Of a DNA stretch of 64,000 bases, positions 35,234 to 45,176 are shown piece after piece (the first letter of the stretch is position 1; every line of letters begins with the position of its first letter). The DNA is from an uncultured Planctomycetia bacterium (GTDB lineage Bacteria; Omnitrophota; Gorgyraeia; CAYWPX01). The position numbers were made by a program, and so were the translations under genes. The notes under the pieces are model-generated. The model ran no database searches and was not told the DNA's origin. It worked only from the letters and a program-made list of their open reading frames with translations. The stretch spans positions 6,849 through 70,848 of the forward strand of contig CAYWPX010000008.1 in NCBI GenBank assembly GCA_964460615.1. The letters run 5' to 3'.

Positions 35234-36907
35234 TCACATACATTCTTTATCGCTCACAGTAACTTCTTCAACTATCCTAAAATTATTTATGAAACTACTA
35301 TCGCCAGTCAAGTGCGTAACTTTAAACTGGCCCTCGTGAGAGCCATTGGCGATCTTTTTGGCCCGGAATTTTTCAAAATCCCCCGGACTTATCACCTTCA
35401 GAACCGGGCTTTCCAATAACCCCTGCATTCTTATATCATGATATTCTACATTTTCTTTATAAAGGCCTTTTTCGATTGATAATAAGAACTTTTTCTTTTT
35501 TGCCAAAGGCACATTACCTGTAAACTCCACTAAAAACATATACCGCGGGATTTTTCTCAACTCGCTGATGGCAGAAAAAAATCTTACTGAAAGTTTATTT
35601 TCATCGAGCGCTTTATTAACAGCCTCCACTACCTGGGACTCATACAATTTTTCGCCGGTTAAAGAGATCGCGTTAGTACCTTTTTGGATAAATGATATCA
35701 TGGGAGTCTTATTATAAAACCCCTCCACCCTTACAATATCATCGATATTATACCTGTAGAGCCCCGATGCCGATGTTATGATAATATAATAGTCTTTGCC
35801 GGCTCTAAGCTCATTGGCCAGATAAGTCCTCTTATTTTTTTTATTTATATATTCCTTTGGTATGAATTCGTAAAAGTTTGTCTCTATCGCAAGGATACCT
35901 CCCTTCTCCTCGTCACTTATGGGTATAGAGCTGCTTGCTTCAGTAGACAGGCATCCAAGATCCCTGATGGAGATATTCCCAAAGAACTTTGGAAAATCTT
36001 TCAAGTATATCTTCACAGTTCCGCCTTTCCAGCATTCAATAAGCTCTAAGTTCGGCCAGAAATATTTAGGCAGAAGTTCCAGTTTTTTCCTCAAAATATT
36101 TTTCAAAAAATCAGCTCTTTTGGGATTAGGCTTAAGCTTCTTTTCGATCTTCTTTCTTATTGCCTCATCGATCATAAGATTAGGATCGAGGGATCCTTCA
36201 CGGATATCCTTAATAATCCTCTCTTTAAACTTATCTATCTTTTGGCATAAGAGAATTAAAGTGGTAGGATTCAGAGTAGCGATGGTCGTAATATTCTCCT
36301 CCATGGCAATCCTCAGGATACAATAATATTTGGATTCGTAATCCTTTATCTCAAAAACTTCATAAGGAATAGCGTAAAGATTTTTGACGATACCGGGGAT
36401 CTTTTTATATTCATGCCCACTCTCTGCCCCATAAGGAAGCCCTGATTCGGTAAATCCGTCCAGCTCCTGGCTTATAACGGCAAGGACTTTGCCGTCCAGA
36501 ACTTTCGGGTGGCTCTCCGATATATAATGAACCCAAAGTTCTAATAATCTGTTTTTCTTTGACTCGGAGAATTTGGTGACCGGAATAAATTTGGGCAGAC
36601 TTGTAGTGCCGCTTGTTGTTCCAAAAAAAATAACCTTGTCTTTTGTTAGAATATTCTTCTCGCCTTTCATCATTCTTTTGATATAAGGCCTTATGGATTC
36701 GAAATCTACAAGAGGCACAATACTCTTAAAATGTCTGATCGATCTTATTTTCGAAAAATTATATTTTTTGCCGTATTCAGTATCTTTTTGCCTCTTTAAA
36801 TATTCAAAAAGCACTTTTTTTTGGCAGGCTAAGGGGTTGAGCGTAGACTTTTCGAAGGATTTTGCCCTGGGTTTCAGAAATTTGAGCGCATAATATGCTA
36901 AATTCAT
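35234..36907 (-). CDS. GH3 family acyl-acid amido synthetase (auxin-responsive GH3-like, adenylate-forming)
   Basis: N-terminal GTTSGTTSLPKFIPVT adenylation motif and GH3-family architecture. Size is 557 aa. Confidence 0.75.
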   Translation of the reverse strand: MNLAYYALKFLKPRAKSFEKSTLNPLACQKKVLFEYLKRQKDTEYGKKYNFSKIRSIRHFKSIVPLVDFESIRPYIKRMMKGEKNILTKDKVIFFGTTSGTTSLPKFIPVTKFSESKKNRLLELWVHYISESHPKVLDGKVLAVISQELDGFTESGLPYGAESGHEYKKIPGIVKNLYAIPYEVFEIKDYESKYYCILRIAMEENITTIATLNPTTLILLCQKIDKFKERIIKDIREGSLDPNLMIDEAIRKKIEKKLKPNPKRADFLKNILRKKLELLPKYFWPNLELIECWKGGTVKIYLKDFPKFFGNISIRDLGCLSTEASSSIPISDEEKGGILAIETNFYEFIPKEYINKKNKRTYLANELRAGKDYYIIITSASGLYRYNIDDIVRVEGFYNKTPMISFIQKGTNAISLTGEKLYESQVVEAVNKALDENKLSVRFFSAISELRKIPRYMFLVEFTGNVPLAKKKKFLLSIEKGLYKENVEYHDIRMQGLLESPVLKVISPGDFEKFRAKKIANGSHEGQFKVTHLTGDSSFINNFRIVEEVTVSDKECM

Positions 36908-36918
36908 CCTGATATTCC

Positions 36919-37476
36919 TTATTTAATTATACTTACCAGTTTTCCGGCCGCCTCGTCATAACTACCTACAAATGTCACAAGATCAACGCAGTAAGAATTG
37001 GGTTTAACTAATTTGCTTAATATAGGCTCAAGCCTCAAACTCTCCAATACTCCCTTCCAATAATCCCCGATCGCGATAATCGGCTTGGGCTTGATAAAAT
37101 TTTTGTTTATATGCTCTAAGACCGCTGCCAATTCCAGAAGCGTCCCCGTCCCTCCCGGTAAAATAATAAATCCGTCTGCATTACGCATCATTATATCTAT
37201 TCTTTCGAATATATCCTCAGTCCTTATCTCTTCATCGATAAACTCATTTGCGCTCTTATAGGGTAGATCATCGAATTTATAATAGGTAACGCCTATTGTC
37301 TTTGCTCCCCCGAGCTTTGCGCCTTTGGAAACATCTTCCATTGTCCCGCCAAAACCTCCGGACATAATATCAAAGCCGTTCTCGCCTAAAATTTTCCCTA
37401 AGCTTATTATATCATCCCGTTCTTTTTGGGAGAGCTTTTTGTAGCTTCCAAATACACATATGATCTTTTTCTTCAT
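36919..37476 (-). CDS. LOG family protein (TIGR00730; cytokinin riboside 5'-monophosphate phosphoribohydrolase-like)
   Basis: GGFGGTMEDVSKGA and PGGTGTLLEL motifs of the LOG/YvdD family. Confidence 0.8.
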   Translation of the reverse strand: MKKKIICVFGSYKKLSQKERDDIISLGKILGENGFDIMSGGFGGTMEDVSKGAKLGGAKTIGVTYYKFDDLPYKSANEFIDEEIRTEDIFERIDIMMRNADGFIILPGGTGTLLELAAVLEHINKNFIKPKPIIAIGDYWKGVLESLRLEPILSKLVKPNSYCVDLVTFVGSYDEAAGKLVSIIK

Positions 37477-37575
37477 AGAATACCTTTATACCGTCCCGCC
37501 CTCTATTTTTTTGACAATACATTTAACTCCAAAGCCCATTCTCTTCTATCAATTAAAAACTTTCCAAAAAAGGGA

Positions 37576-37905
37576 TCACCATTCCTTGAAAATAAATATC
37601 ACAGCTCCTATTATAAAAATAAATCCTACCAGGTAATTCCACTTAAAATTTTCTTTCAGATAAAATATCGAGAAAACCGAGAAAACCACAAGCGTAATTA
37701 CCTCCTGAATGGTTTTAAGCTGGGCCGTCGAAAATTGATATGAGCCGATCCTGTTTGCAGGCACCTGAAAACAATATTCAAGGAGCGCTATCATCCAGCT
37801 GATTACTATTGCTATTAATAATGGTGACTTTTTGTATTTAAGATGCCCATACCACGCAAAAGTCATAAAAATATTGGATATGGTTAAAAGCACTACTGTG
37901 GCCAT
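37576..37905 (-). CDS. Small DMT-superfamily membrane protein (DUF486-like)
   Basis: 109 aa with four TM segments. The FAWYGHLK motif is typical of the DUF486 small DMT family. Confidence 0.55.
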   Translation of the reverse strand: MATVVLLTISNIFMTFAWYGHLKYKKSPLLIAIVISWMIALLEYCFQVPANRIGSYQFSTAQLKTIQEVITLVVFSVFSIFYLKENFKWNYLVGFIFIIGAVIFIFKEW

Positions 37906-38005
37906 TTTTTCTTTTTAACTCCTTTTTTTGCTATTAATTATATTTTTTCACACTAACTATCTCAATAAATAAAACAAATCCGGGCGGATATCATACGACA
38001 AATTA

Positions 38006-38581
38006 TTATTCTTCCTGCAGAAGGTCAATAATAATATTTCTATAAAAATCCGGGGCGCTGTCTTTTATATTGTCCCGGCTAACAAAAACCGGAACACCGG
38101 CTTTATTAAGTATCACATAAGAAGGAAAAGTATAGGTACTAAGTATAATGCCTTTTCTATGGAACTTCTGATAAAACTTCTCTTCGGGATCGAACAAAAC
38201 CAGGTTCCCTTTATTCTTAGTTGCCAAATAACCCCTTATCTTGTCAAGGTCGCTACTCAAACTTATTGAAATAAAAATAACTCCATACTGTTCAAATTCT
38301 TTTATCAGCCCCGATTCTCTCTCGTAAGCCTTATTGGCGTTCGGACAGGGAACATCTTCTGGAAAGAAAAAATCAATGAAAACCACACTCCCCCGGTAAT
38401 CCGATATGTTCACATACCTGTTATCGATCGTCGGAAGCCCAAAATCGACCGGTTTATTTTTTTTGTAGAGAGCCGGCCTCATTAAAGACATCACGCCGAA
38501 CACAATAGCGAACACTACAACCCCTAAATACAAATTCCTTCTTAATTTAAGATATAGCGAATCTTCTTCATCGTAAAACAT
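38006..38581 (-). CDS. Membrane-anchored thioredoxin-fold protein (redoxin/AhpC-TSA-like, single Cys)
   Basis: N-terminal TM. FFPEDVPCPNA resembles the peroxiredoxin F.P.DFTFVCPTE region. Confidence 0.45.
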   Translation of the reverse strand: MFYDEEDSLYLKLRRNLYLGVVVFAIVFGVMSLMRPALYKKNKPVDFGLPTIDNRYVNISDYRGSVVFIDFFFPEDVPCPNANKAYERESGLIKEFEQYGVIFISISLSSDLDKIRGYLATKNKGNLVLFDPEEKFYQKFHRKGIILSTYTFPSYVILNKAGVPVFVSRDNIKDSAPDFYRNIIIDLLQEE

Positions 38582-38601
38582 ATTGATCCTAAAATTAGTT
38601 A

Positions 38602-39387
38602 TTATATGCCCAGAAGCTCTGAGGCATTTTTATAAAATATCTTTTCCTTTAGGCTATCCGGTATGTCAAGGCTATTGATAAAATCAATATCCCCGGCCTG
38701 ATCGCACAAAGGAAAATCCGTCCCGAACAGAAGCCTGTCGCTTCTGTGATTTAAGAGCATCTCTTTTACTTTTTCTTTGGGCAAAAAGTGCAGAAAATAT
38801 GCCGTATCCATATATATATCTTTGCCGATCAAATGTTCGACAGTCTCATGCCAAAGTTTAAACCCGCCGAAATGCGCAGCTATGAGCTTGAGCTTTGGGA
38901 ACTCTTTTTTAACCCTTGCCACTCTTGATGGCGACGATCTTACGAGCATTGTACCGGAGAGTTCTTCGCCGCAATGAAAAAGCAAAGGAAGCCCCAGCTT
39001 CTCTATTTCAAAATATATTGGGAAAAGCCTTTCCTCATCTATATAAAAATTCTGGAATTCAGGCTGCAGCTTTATCCCATCTCCTGATTTTTTTATCCTG
39101 AGAAGCTCTTTTTCCCAATCGCTGTAGTCTGGATGCAAGGCGCAAAAAACCTTAAACCTATTATCACGTATACCGAATAACCAATCGTTTATACCAGAAA
39201 CCTGTTCGGGTTTGGTAGCAACTCCGCATATTACGCTTACATCTATGCGGTTTTTTTCCATAAAAAAAAGCAACGACTCAACTGTAGGTTCAGCCGCCAT
39301 TTTTATATTGAAGAGACCTTCCAGGTTGGATCGTGCCTTACGAGAGACCTTATCCGGCCAAGCATGTGTATGAGTGTCTATGATCAT
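38602..39387 (-). CDS. Amidohydrolase-2 family metal-dependent hydrolase (TIM barrel)
   Basis: The N-terminus IIDTHTHAW (HxH metal site), an internal H, and a C-terminal D (FGTDFP) are typical of PF04909. Confidence 0.7.
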   Translation of the reverse strand: MIIDTHTHAWPDKVSRKARSNLEGLFNIKMAAEPTVESLLFFMEKNRIDVSVICGVATKPEQVSGINDWLFGIRDNRFKVFCALHPDYSDWEKELLRIKKSGDGIKLQPEFQNFYIDEERLFPIYFEIEKLGLPLLFHCGEELSGTMLVRSSPSRVARVKKEFPKLKLIAAHFGGFKLWHETVEHLIGKDIYMDTAYFLHFLPKEKVKEMLLNHRSDRLLFGTDFPLCDQAGDIDFINSLDIPDSLKEKIFYKNASELLGI

Positions 39388-39816
39388 CTAAAACTCGTAA
39401 AGATCGTCGCCTTCAAGAACATTGAAGCCTTCTTTTGCCAGAACTTCTTTTATAACCATAGGTTCTTTTACCTCGACACAAAAAACCGCCTGCTTTTTTG
39501 ACTCTATTACAAAACCGTACGCATCGAGAATATTTATATTATTTTTCATCAGTATATCAGCGAGCTTCAAAAAACTCCCGGGCCTGTCATCTATAAGGAT
39601 CGCGAGGATCTCTTTTAAGGCGCAGGCAAAGCCTTGATCAGAAAGCGCCAGATACGCCTCATCGGGATTGCTTACAATAAGCTTCATAAGGCCGAATTCT
39701 CCGCGGTCCTGCAGGGTCATGGTCCTGACATTGATATTTTTACTAGCCAGAACCTCTGCGACGGATTTGAGCCTTCCGGGCCTATTCTCTAAAAAAACAT
39801 TTACCTCTTTTGCCAT
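39388..39816 (-). CDS. Tandem ACT domain protein (regulatory partner of phenylacetate-CoA ligase)
   Basis: Two ACT-like halves (VFLENRPGRL... and ILIDDRPGSF...), located directly downstream of a PaaK-type ligase. Confidence 0.7.
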   Translation of the reverse strand: MAKEVNVFLENRPGRLKSVAEVLASKNINVRTMTLQDRGEFGLMKLIVSNPDEAYLALSDQGFACALKEILAILIDDRPGSFLKLADILMKNNINILDAYGFVIESKKQAVFCVEVKEPMVIKEVLAKEGFNVLEGDDLYEF

Positions 39817-39866
39817 AAATTACCCTCCGAATGAGTATACCTGCGTTTTTTGCATAAACTGTCAGA

Positions 39867-41177
39867 TCACAGTTTCGGCCTTAAATCTACTACCCTTTGC
39901 GCTTTGCCTTCATAAACCGGCAAACTTCCGGGCTCGTGTAACTCTACTATTGGCTTAATAACAATTATTGAATGGAGCTCATTTTTGATCTTTGCCTTAA
40001 GGTTATCAAGCTGGGACATGTCGCCCTTAAAAAGTTTTGAATATATCTCGACCTTAATGATCATTTTATCCAAGGCACCGTCTTTTTCAAGATATACCTG
40101 ATAATTTGTGCCTACCTCAGGTATCTTCATTATGACACTCTCTATCTGGGACGGAAAAACGTTGACGCCGTTAATGATCAGCATGTCATCCGAACGCCCG
40201 ATTATCCTCGAAAGCCTTCTATGGGTCCTGCCGCACTTGCACTCGCCTTCATATATATATGCCAAGTCTCTGGTTCTATAGCGAAGCAAGGGTGTAGCCG
40301 ATCTTCTAAGAGTAGTAAAGACTATCTCGCCGACTTTGCCGTCGGAAAGATTCTCCCCGGTTTTTGGGTCAATGATCTCCATGATATAAGCATCTTCCCA
40401 GGTATGCATACCATCTTTATAAACGCATTCAAAACTGACGCCCGGCCCGTTCATTTCGCTTAAGCCATATGAGTTGTAGGCATCTATATTATACAGCTCT
40501 TCAATTTTTTTTCTTGTGCTCTCGGAATATGGCTCTGCTCCAAGAAATGCCTTTCTAAGCTTCAAGTCCGCCAAAGTCACGTCTGAATCGGCAAATTTTG
40601 AATGTACATGCATGGCATAACTGGGTGTTGCATGAATAATCGTTGTGCCAAAATCCTTCATCATCTGTATCTGGCGCTTTGTGTTACCGCTCCCCGAAGG
40701 GATAACCGTCATTCCTATCCTTTCAGCGCCATAATGAAAACCGAGCCCTCCGGTAAAAAGGCCGTAATTTGTCATATTCTGGAAAATATCTTTTTTTGTG
40801 GCTCCGGTGGCAATAATGCACCTGGCCAATAGTTCAGTCCAGTTTTCTATATCGCTTTTTGTGTGATATATTACGGTAGGGGTCCCTGTAGTGCCGCTTG
40901 AGGTATGGATCCTTACTACCTCATTCTGGTCAACCGACAAGATCCCCCTCGGATAAGACTCCCTCAGGTCATCTTTTGTAGTAAAAGGTATTTTTTTGAG
41001 GTCATCGAGAGAATTTATATCGCCCGAAGAATGAATGCTGTATTTATTGAGACGTTTTTTATAGAATACCGTATCAAGCGCGCTCGATACGGTTTTTTTT
41101 AAATTTTCCAGCTGAAGTTTTTTAAGTACGCTTCTATCTATCGTCTCAATACCTTTGTCAAAATAATTTACTTCCAT
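39867..41177 (-). CDS. Phenylacetate-CoA ligase family protein (PaaK-like / coenzyme F390 synthetase-like)
   Basis: TSSGTTGTPTVIYHT AMP-binding P-loop. Size is 436 aa. Confidence 0.8.
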   Translation of the reverse strand: MEVNYFDKGIETIDRSVLKKLQLENLKKTVSSALDTVFYKKRLNKYSIHSSGDINSLDDLKKIPFTTKDDLRESYPRGILSVDQNEVVRIHTSSGTTGTPTVIYHTKSDIENWTELLARCIIATGATKKDIFQNMTNYGLFTGGLGFHYGAERIGMTVIPSGSGNTKRQIQMMKDFGTTIIHATPSYAMHVHSKFADSDVTLADLKLRKAFLGAEPYSESTRKKIEELYNIDAYNSYGLSEMNGPGVSFECVYKDGMHTWEDAYIMEIIDPKTGENLSDGKVGEIVFTTLRRSATPLLRYRTRDLAYIYEGECKCGRTHRRLSRIIGRSDDMLIINGVNVFPSQIESVIMKIPEVGTNYQVYLEKDGALDKMIIKVEIYSKLFKGDMSQLDNLKAKIKNELHSIIVIKPIVELHEPGSLPVYEGKAQRVVDLRPKL

Positions 41178-41186
41178 TATCTTAGC

Positions 41187-41624
41187 CTATAATTTGACGA
41201 TATTATCTTTTTTTAATATTTTGATCTTATGCTTTGTAAGAACATCCAAGGCCTTGTCGGTATTTTCGAATCTAAAGACCATAAGAGCTTTTTTTGAGAA
41301 CTTTTCAACAAACCCGTACATATATTCAACATTTATATTATTCTTTGTAAGTATCCCCAATATCTTTGAAAGCCCTCCTGGCTTATCTTCGACCTCCAGA
41401 GCGACTATCTCGGTAAAATTGGCGACGAATCCGTTTGCTTTCAATAAGTTCAAAGCTTCCTGAGGTTTATCGACGACCATTCTTAATACGCCGAAGTCCT
41501 GACTCTCGGCAACGGTAAGAGCTCTGATATCGATCTTATTTTTCCCAAGGATGTCCGTAACATCATAAAGCCTGCCTTTTCTATTCTCCAAAAATACAGA
41601 AATCTGATTGATCTTCATCTTCAT
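41187..41624 (-). CDS. Tandem ACT domain protein
   Basis: Paralog of 39388..39816 with two ACT-like halves (VFLENRKGRL and VEDKPGGL). Confidence 0.7.
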   Translation of the reverse strand: MKMKINQISVFLENRKGRLYDVTDILGKNKIDIRALTVAESQDFGVLRMVVDKPQEALNLLKANGFVANFTEIVALEVEDKPGGLSKILGILTKNNINVEYMYGFVEKFSKKALMVFRFENTDKALDVLTKHKIKILKKDNIVKL

Positions 41625-41635
41625 CCTCCCTAAGC

Positions 41636-42937
41636 TTATAATGTTCTCCTGTCGATGATCCTCTTTGCCTTGCCTTCGCTCCTTGTGATTGTTTTTGGCT
41701 CAACAAGTTTTACCTGGGCGCCTATGCCAAGCACAGATTCGATCTCACGCCTAATCTTGTCCTCAAGGGTTTTTAATTTTTTGAGCTCATCGGAAAACAT
41801 CTTCTCTTCAACCTCTACCAGTATCTCAAGTTCATCCAGATTATTTGCTTTTCTATCCACGATCAGCTGATAATGCGGCTGGGTACCTTCAATACCCAGA
41901 AGCACATGTTCTATCTGTGAAGGAAATACATTTATCCCGCGGATTATAAGCATGTCGTCGGTCCTGCCTTTTATCTTACTGATCCTCGGAGAGGTCCTGC
42001 CGCACTTACATTTTTCATAAGTGATGCTTACGATATCCCTTGTTCTGTAACGAAGAAGCGGTATACCGCGCTTGGTGAGAGTGGTCACTACCAGCTCTCC
42101 CTCCGTCCCTTCCTTTACCTCTTGCCCTGTTTTTGAATTTATAACTTCAGGGTAAAAAACATCGGAAAAAATATGCAGGCCTTTTTTATGGTGGCACTCC
42201 TGGGCTACCCCTGGGCCGATAATTTCGGACAGACCATATACGTCTGTAGCAAGCATATCCCATTTAGCCTCGATCTCTTTTCTCATAGATTCACTCCAGG
42301 GCTCAGCGCCGAAAATACCGATCTCCCAGCTGGATTCTTTTGGATCAAGGCCCATCTCCTTAGCCTCTTCAACCATAAATAGCGCATAGCTCGGCGTACA
42401 GGCTAAGATCCTTGGCTTAAAATCATTCATTAGCTTAAGCTGTCTTTTTGTCTGGCCGCTTGAAGCAGGTATCACCGTGAGCCCCATCTCCAAAGATCCG
42501 TAGTGAAATCCAAGTCCTCCCGTAAAAAGCCCGTAACCATAGGCGATCTGTATCATATCCCCGGGCACTGCCCCGGCGCAGCAAAGAGCCCTCGCTATAA
42601 CCTCTCCCCATAGTTTAAGATCATCTTTAGTATAACCAACAACCGTAGGATTCCCTGTAGTACCGCTGGAGACATGGATCTCAGAAAGTTTTTTAGTGGG
42701 AGCGGAAAAAAGCTTAAAAGGATAATTGTCCCTCAGGTCCTCTTTTGTAGTGAACGGGAGTTTTTTGATATCATCGATGCCCTTGATATCTTTTGGCGAT
42801 ACCCCGAAACTATCGAGCTTTCCTTTATATATCGGGGAATTTTTGTAGACATAGCCGGTAATCTCTTTAAGATTTTCTGACTGGATCTCTTTAAGGCTTT
42901 TCAATGACATGCATTCTATCTTTTCATTCCAGATCAT
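41636..42937 (-). CDS. paaK: Phenylacetate-CoA ligase PaaK-like
   Basis: SSGTTGNPTVVGYT P-loop. Paralog of 39867..41177. Confidence 0.85.
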   Translation of the reverse strand: MIWNEKIECMSLKSLKEIQSENLKEITGYVYKNSPIYKGKLDSFGVSPKDIKGIDDIKKLPFTTKEDLRDNYPFKLFSAPTKKLSEIHVSSGTTGNPTVVGYTKDDLKLWGEVIARALCCAGAVPGDMIQIAYGYGLFTGGLGFHYGSLEMGLTVIPASSGQTKRQLKLMNDFKPRILACTPSYALFMVEEAKEMGLDPKESSWEIGIFGAEPWSESMRKEIEAKWDMLATDVYGLSEIIGPGVAQECHHKKGLHIFSDVFYPEVINSKTGQEVKEGTEGELVVTTLTKRGIPLLRYRTRDIVSITYEKCKCGRTSPRISKIKGRTDDMLIIRGINVFPSQIEHVLLGIEGTQPHYQLIVDRKANNLDELEILVEVEEKMFSDELKKLKTLEDKIRREIESVLGIGAQVKLVEPKTITRSEGKAKRIIDRRTL

Positions 42938-42956
42938 TTAAACCACCTCTTTTTAA

Positions 42957-43439
42957 TTAATCTTTTACTGAGTTTCGTCCCTCAATAAAAATTTTCTTAT
43001 TTTCTTCGGGGTTCTTTTTGCCAAGGACCTTATCTATGGCAAGTAACCAGCAACTTTCCTTTATATCAAGATGTTTTGAAAGAGCCCCCAATAAAAAAAT
43101 ATTTTGATATTTTTTATCTTTTATCAGATCATGGGATATTTCAAGATAGTTGATAAGATCTATGCCTTTTTCCTTAAGAAAGCTCCTGAGACGGAAATGT
43201 TCGTCCAGATGAAAAGAGACCAGTATGTCCGCTTCTCCTTTAGGGATTATGGGAGAATATACCACTTTGCCGAATCTCAAGTGCGACTCGACAGACCCGC
43301 CTCTCTGGGCCATGCCATGAACTTCTGATTTTTTTACATGGTTGCCGTCGATAAGGGCAGCCCATCCGGTAATTTCGCTTGCCGACAAAACCCCTTGTCC
43401 TCCAATGCCGCAAAATAAAATATTTGTAACCTTATTCAT
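42957..43439 (-). CDS. iorB: Indolepyruvate ferredoxin oxidoreductase subunit beta IorB
   Basis: ILFCGIGGQGVLSASEITG gamma-type domain of 2-oxoacid:ferredoxin oxidoreductases. The likely start is Met16 (MNKVT), giving a short overlap with the iorA stop. The track ORF extends to 43484. Confidence 0.8.
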   Translation of the reverse strand: MNKVTNILFCGIGGQGVLSASEITGWAALIDGNHVKKSEVHGMAQRGGSVESHLRFGKVVYSPIIPKGEADILVSFHLDEHFRLRSFLKEKGIDLINYLEISHDLIKDKKYQNIFLLGALSKHLDIKESCWLLAIDKVLGKKNPEENKKIFIEGRNSVKD

Positions 43440-45171
43440 CCTTATCTCCGCTAACAAGCGCTTTAAATGTACATGCATCCACACAAAGATTACATCCTGT
43501 GCAGAGTGATTTATTTATCCTCAAAAAATCAATATCGTTTTTCTCGATAGCAGGACAGTTTATACTGAAACATTTCTGGCATTTCTTGCACAAGCTTTTT
43601 ATATAAAGAGGGTTGTTGTTTTTCTGCCTATTAATCAGCCTGCATGGATATCTGGATATAATAACCGAAAGCTTATCTTCTTTCATCCTCTTCTTTATGA
43701 GATCTTCAAAGCCCTCCAGGTTATAAGGAGTTATAACGTCTACATTATCCGCTCCGCATGCTTTCGAGATATCCTCTAAAATCAGCTTTTTTGTCGGCTC
43801 GCATTTGATGGTCAGGCCCATCGCCGGATGCGGCTGATTGCCTGTCATGGCTGTAGTGGAATTATCGAGTATGATCAGGACCCCTTTTCCCTTATTGTAA
43901 CTAAGATTTATTAGTCCCGTTATCCCGGAATGAATAAATGTAGAATCTCCGATAACACCTACAACATTCCTTCCGAGTGTTTTGGTAAAGCCTTCTAGAA
44001 ATGTCACGCTGCTGCCCATGCATAAACATGTATGCAGGCTCGCTAAAGGAGGAAGCGCGCCAAGAGTATAGCAACCTATATCCCCTGTAACATTTACTTT
44101 AAGTTTATTCAGTACCAAAAATGCCGCCCTGTGCGGGCACCCGGCACAAAGCACCGGTTTTCTTGAAGAAGAAGCCTCTTCAGCCTTATCTTTGCCTTTC
44201 ACGATCGATGGAATATATTCAGGCCTCAACTCCCCTACCCTAAATGAGGGTTTTTTGGCTTTAAATTTTACTCCGAGCATCATCAATTCTTCTTCCAAAA
44301 ACGGTTCCAGCTCCTCCAACACAACCAATTCTTTAACCTTCTTACTGAATTCTTTTGCCAATTGGGCCGGAAAAGGATATGTCATACCGAGCTTAAGTAT
44401 AGAGGCATCGGGAAACATCTCTTTTGCATAAAGATATGAAACACTGCTTGCAATAAACCCGAGTTTTTTGCTGTTAAGTTCGACTCTGTTAAGCGCAATT
44501 TTTTCAGAAAGTTTTTTCAGTTCGACCAGTTTTTGCTCTAATGCCAGATGTTTTGTATAAGCATTTTTCGGAACCATTACATATTTCGGGATATCAATCT
44601 TATATTCTTTTTTTGGTATATCGATCCTGGGGCCCAGGGTAACATTCTCTTTAGTATGAGAGACCCTTGTAGTAAGCCGCATCATTACCGGCGTATCGAA
44701 TTTTTCGCTAATATCAAAGGCGAACTTTACAAATTCTTTGGCTTCAGAAGGACTTGCCGGCTCCAAAAGCGGAAGTTTGGCAATCTTGGCGATTAAACGG
44801 TTATCCTGTTCATTCTGAGAAGAATGTATACCGGGATCGTCACACGATACCACTATGAACCCCCCGCCGACACCTGTATAAGCTGATGTCATCAACGGGT
44901 CCATCGCCACATTTATTCCGACGTGCTTTGCCGAAAATAGCGACCTTGATCCGGCTATAGAAGCACCGAGCGCCACTTCATATGCCACTTTTTCATTTAC
45001 CGACCACTGGGAATCCACCTCTTTGAATTTAGAGATGCACTCCAGTATCTCTGTAGCGGGAGTCCCGGGATACGAAGCGGCAAATCTTAAGCCCTCTTCA
45101 TAAGCCCCATGCGCTAAAGCCTCATCACCTGATAAAAACGCAACATCCTTTAACTTGGATTCTTTGATCAT
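43432..45171 (-). CDS. iorA: Indolepyruvate ferredoxin oxidoreductase subunit alpha IorA
   Basis: TPP-binding GDIGCYTLG...GDSTF. The C-terminus has two 4Fe-4S ferredoxin motifs (CKKCQKCFSINCP and CTGCNLCVDAC). Confidence 0.85.
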   Translation of the reverse strand: MIKESKLKDVAFLSGDEALAHGAYEEGLRFAASYPGTPATEILECISKFKEVDSQWSVNEKVAYEVALGASIAGSRSLFSAKHVGINVAMDPLMTSAYTGVGGGFIVVSCDDPGIHSSQNEQDNRLIAKIAKLPLLEPASPSEAKEFVKFAFDISEKFDTPVMMRLTTRVSHTKENVTLGPRIDIPKKEYKIDIPKYVMVPKNAYTKHLALEQKLVELKKLSEKIALNRVELNSKKLGFIASSVSYLYAKEMFPDASILKLGMTYPFPAQLAKEFSKKVKELVVLEELEPFLEEELMMLGVKFKAKKPSFRVGELRPEYIPSIVKGKDKAEEASSSRKPVLCAGCPHRAAFLVLNKLKVNVTGDIGCYTLGALPPLASLHTCLCMGSSVTFLEGFTKTLGRNVVGVIGDSTFIHSGITGLINLSYNKGKGVLIILDNSTTAMTGNQPHPAMGLTIKCEPTKKLILEDISKACGADNVDVITPYNLEGFEDLIKKRMKEDKLSVIISRYPCRLINRQKNNNPLYIKSLCKKCQKCFSINCPAIEKNDIDFLRINKSLCTGCNLCVDACTFKALVSGDKDE

Positions 45172-45176
45172 AGTTA

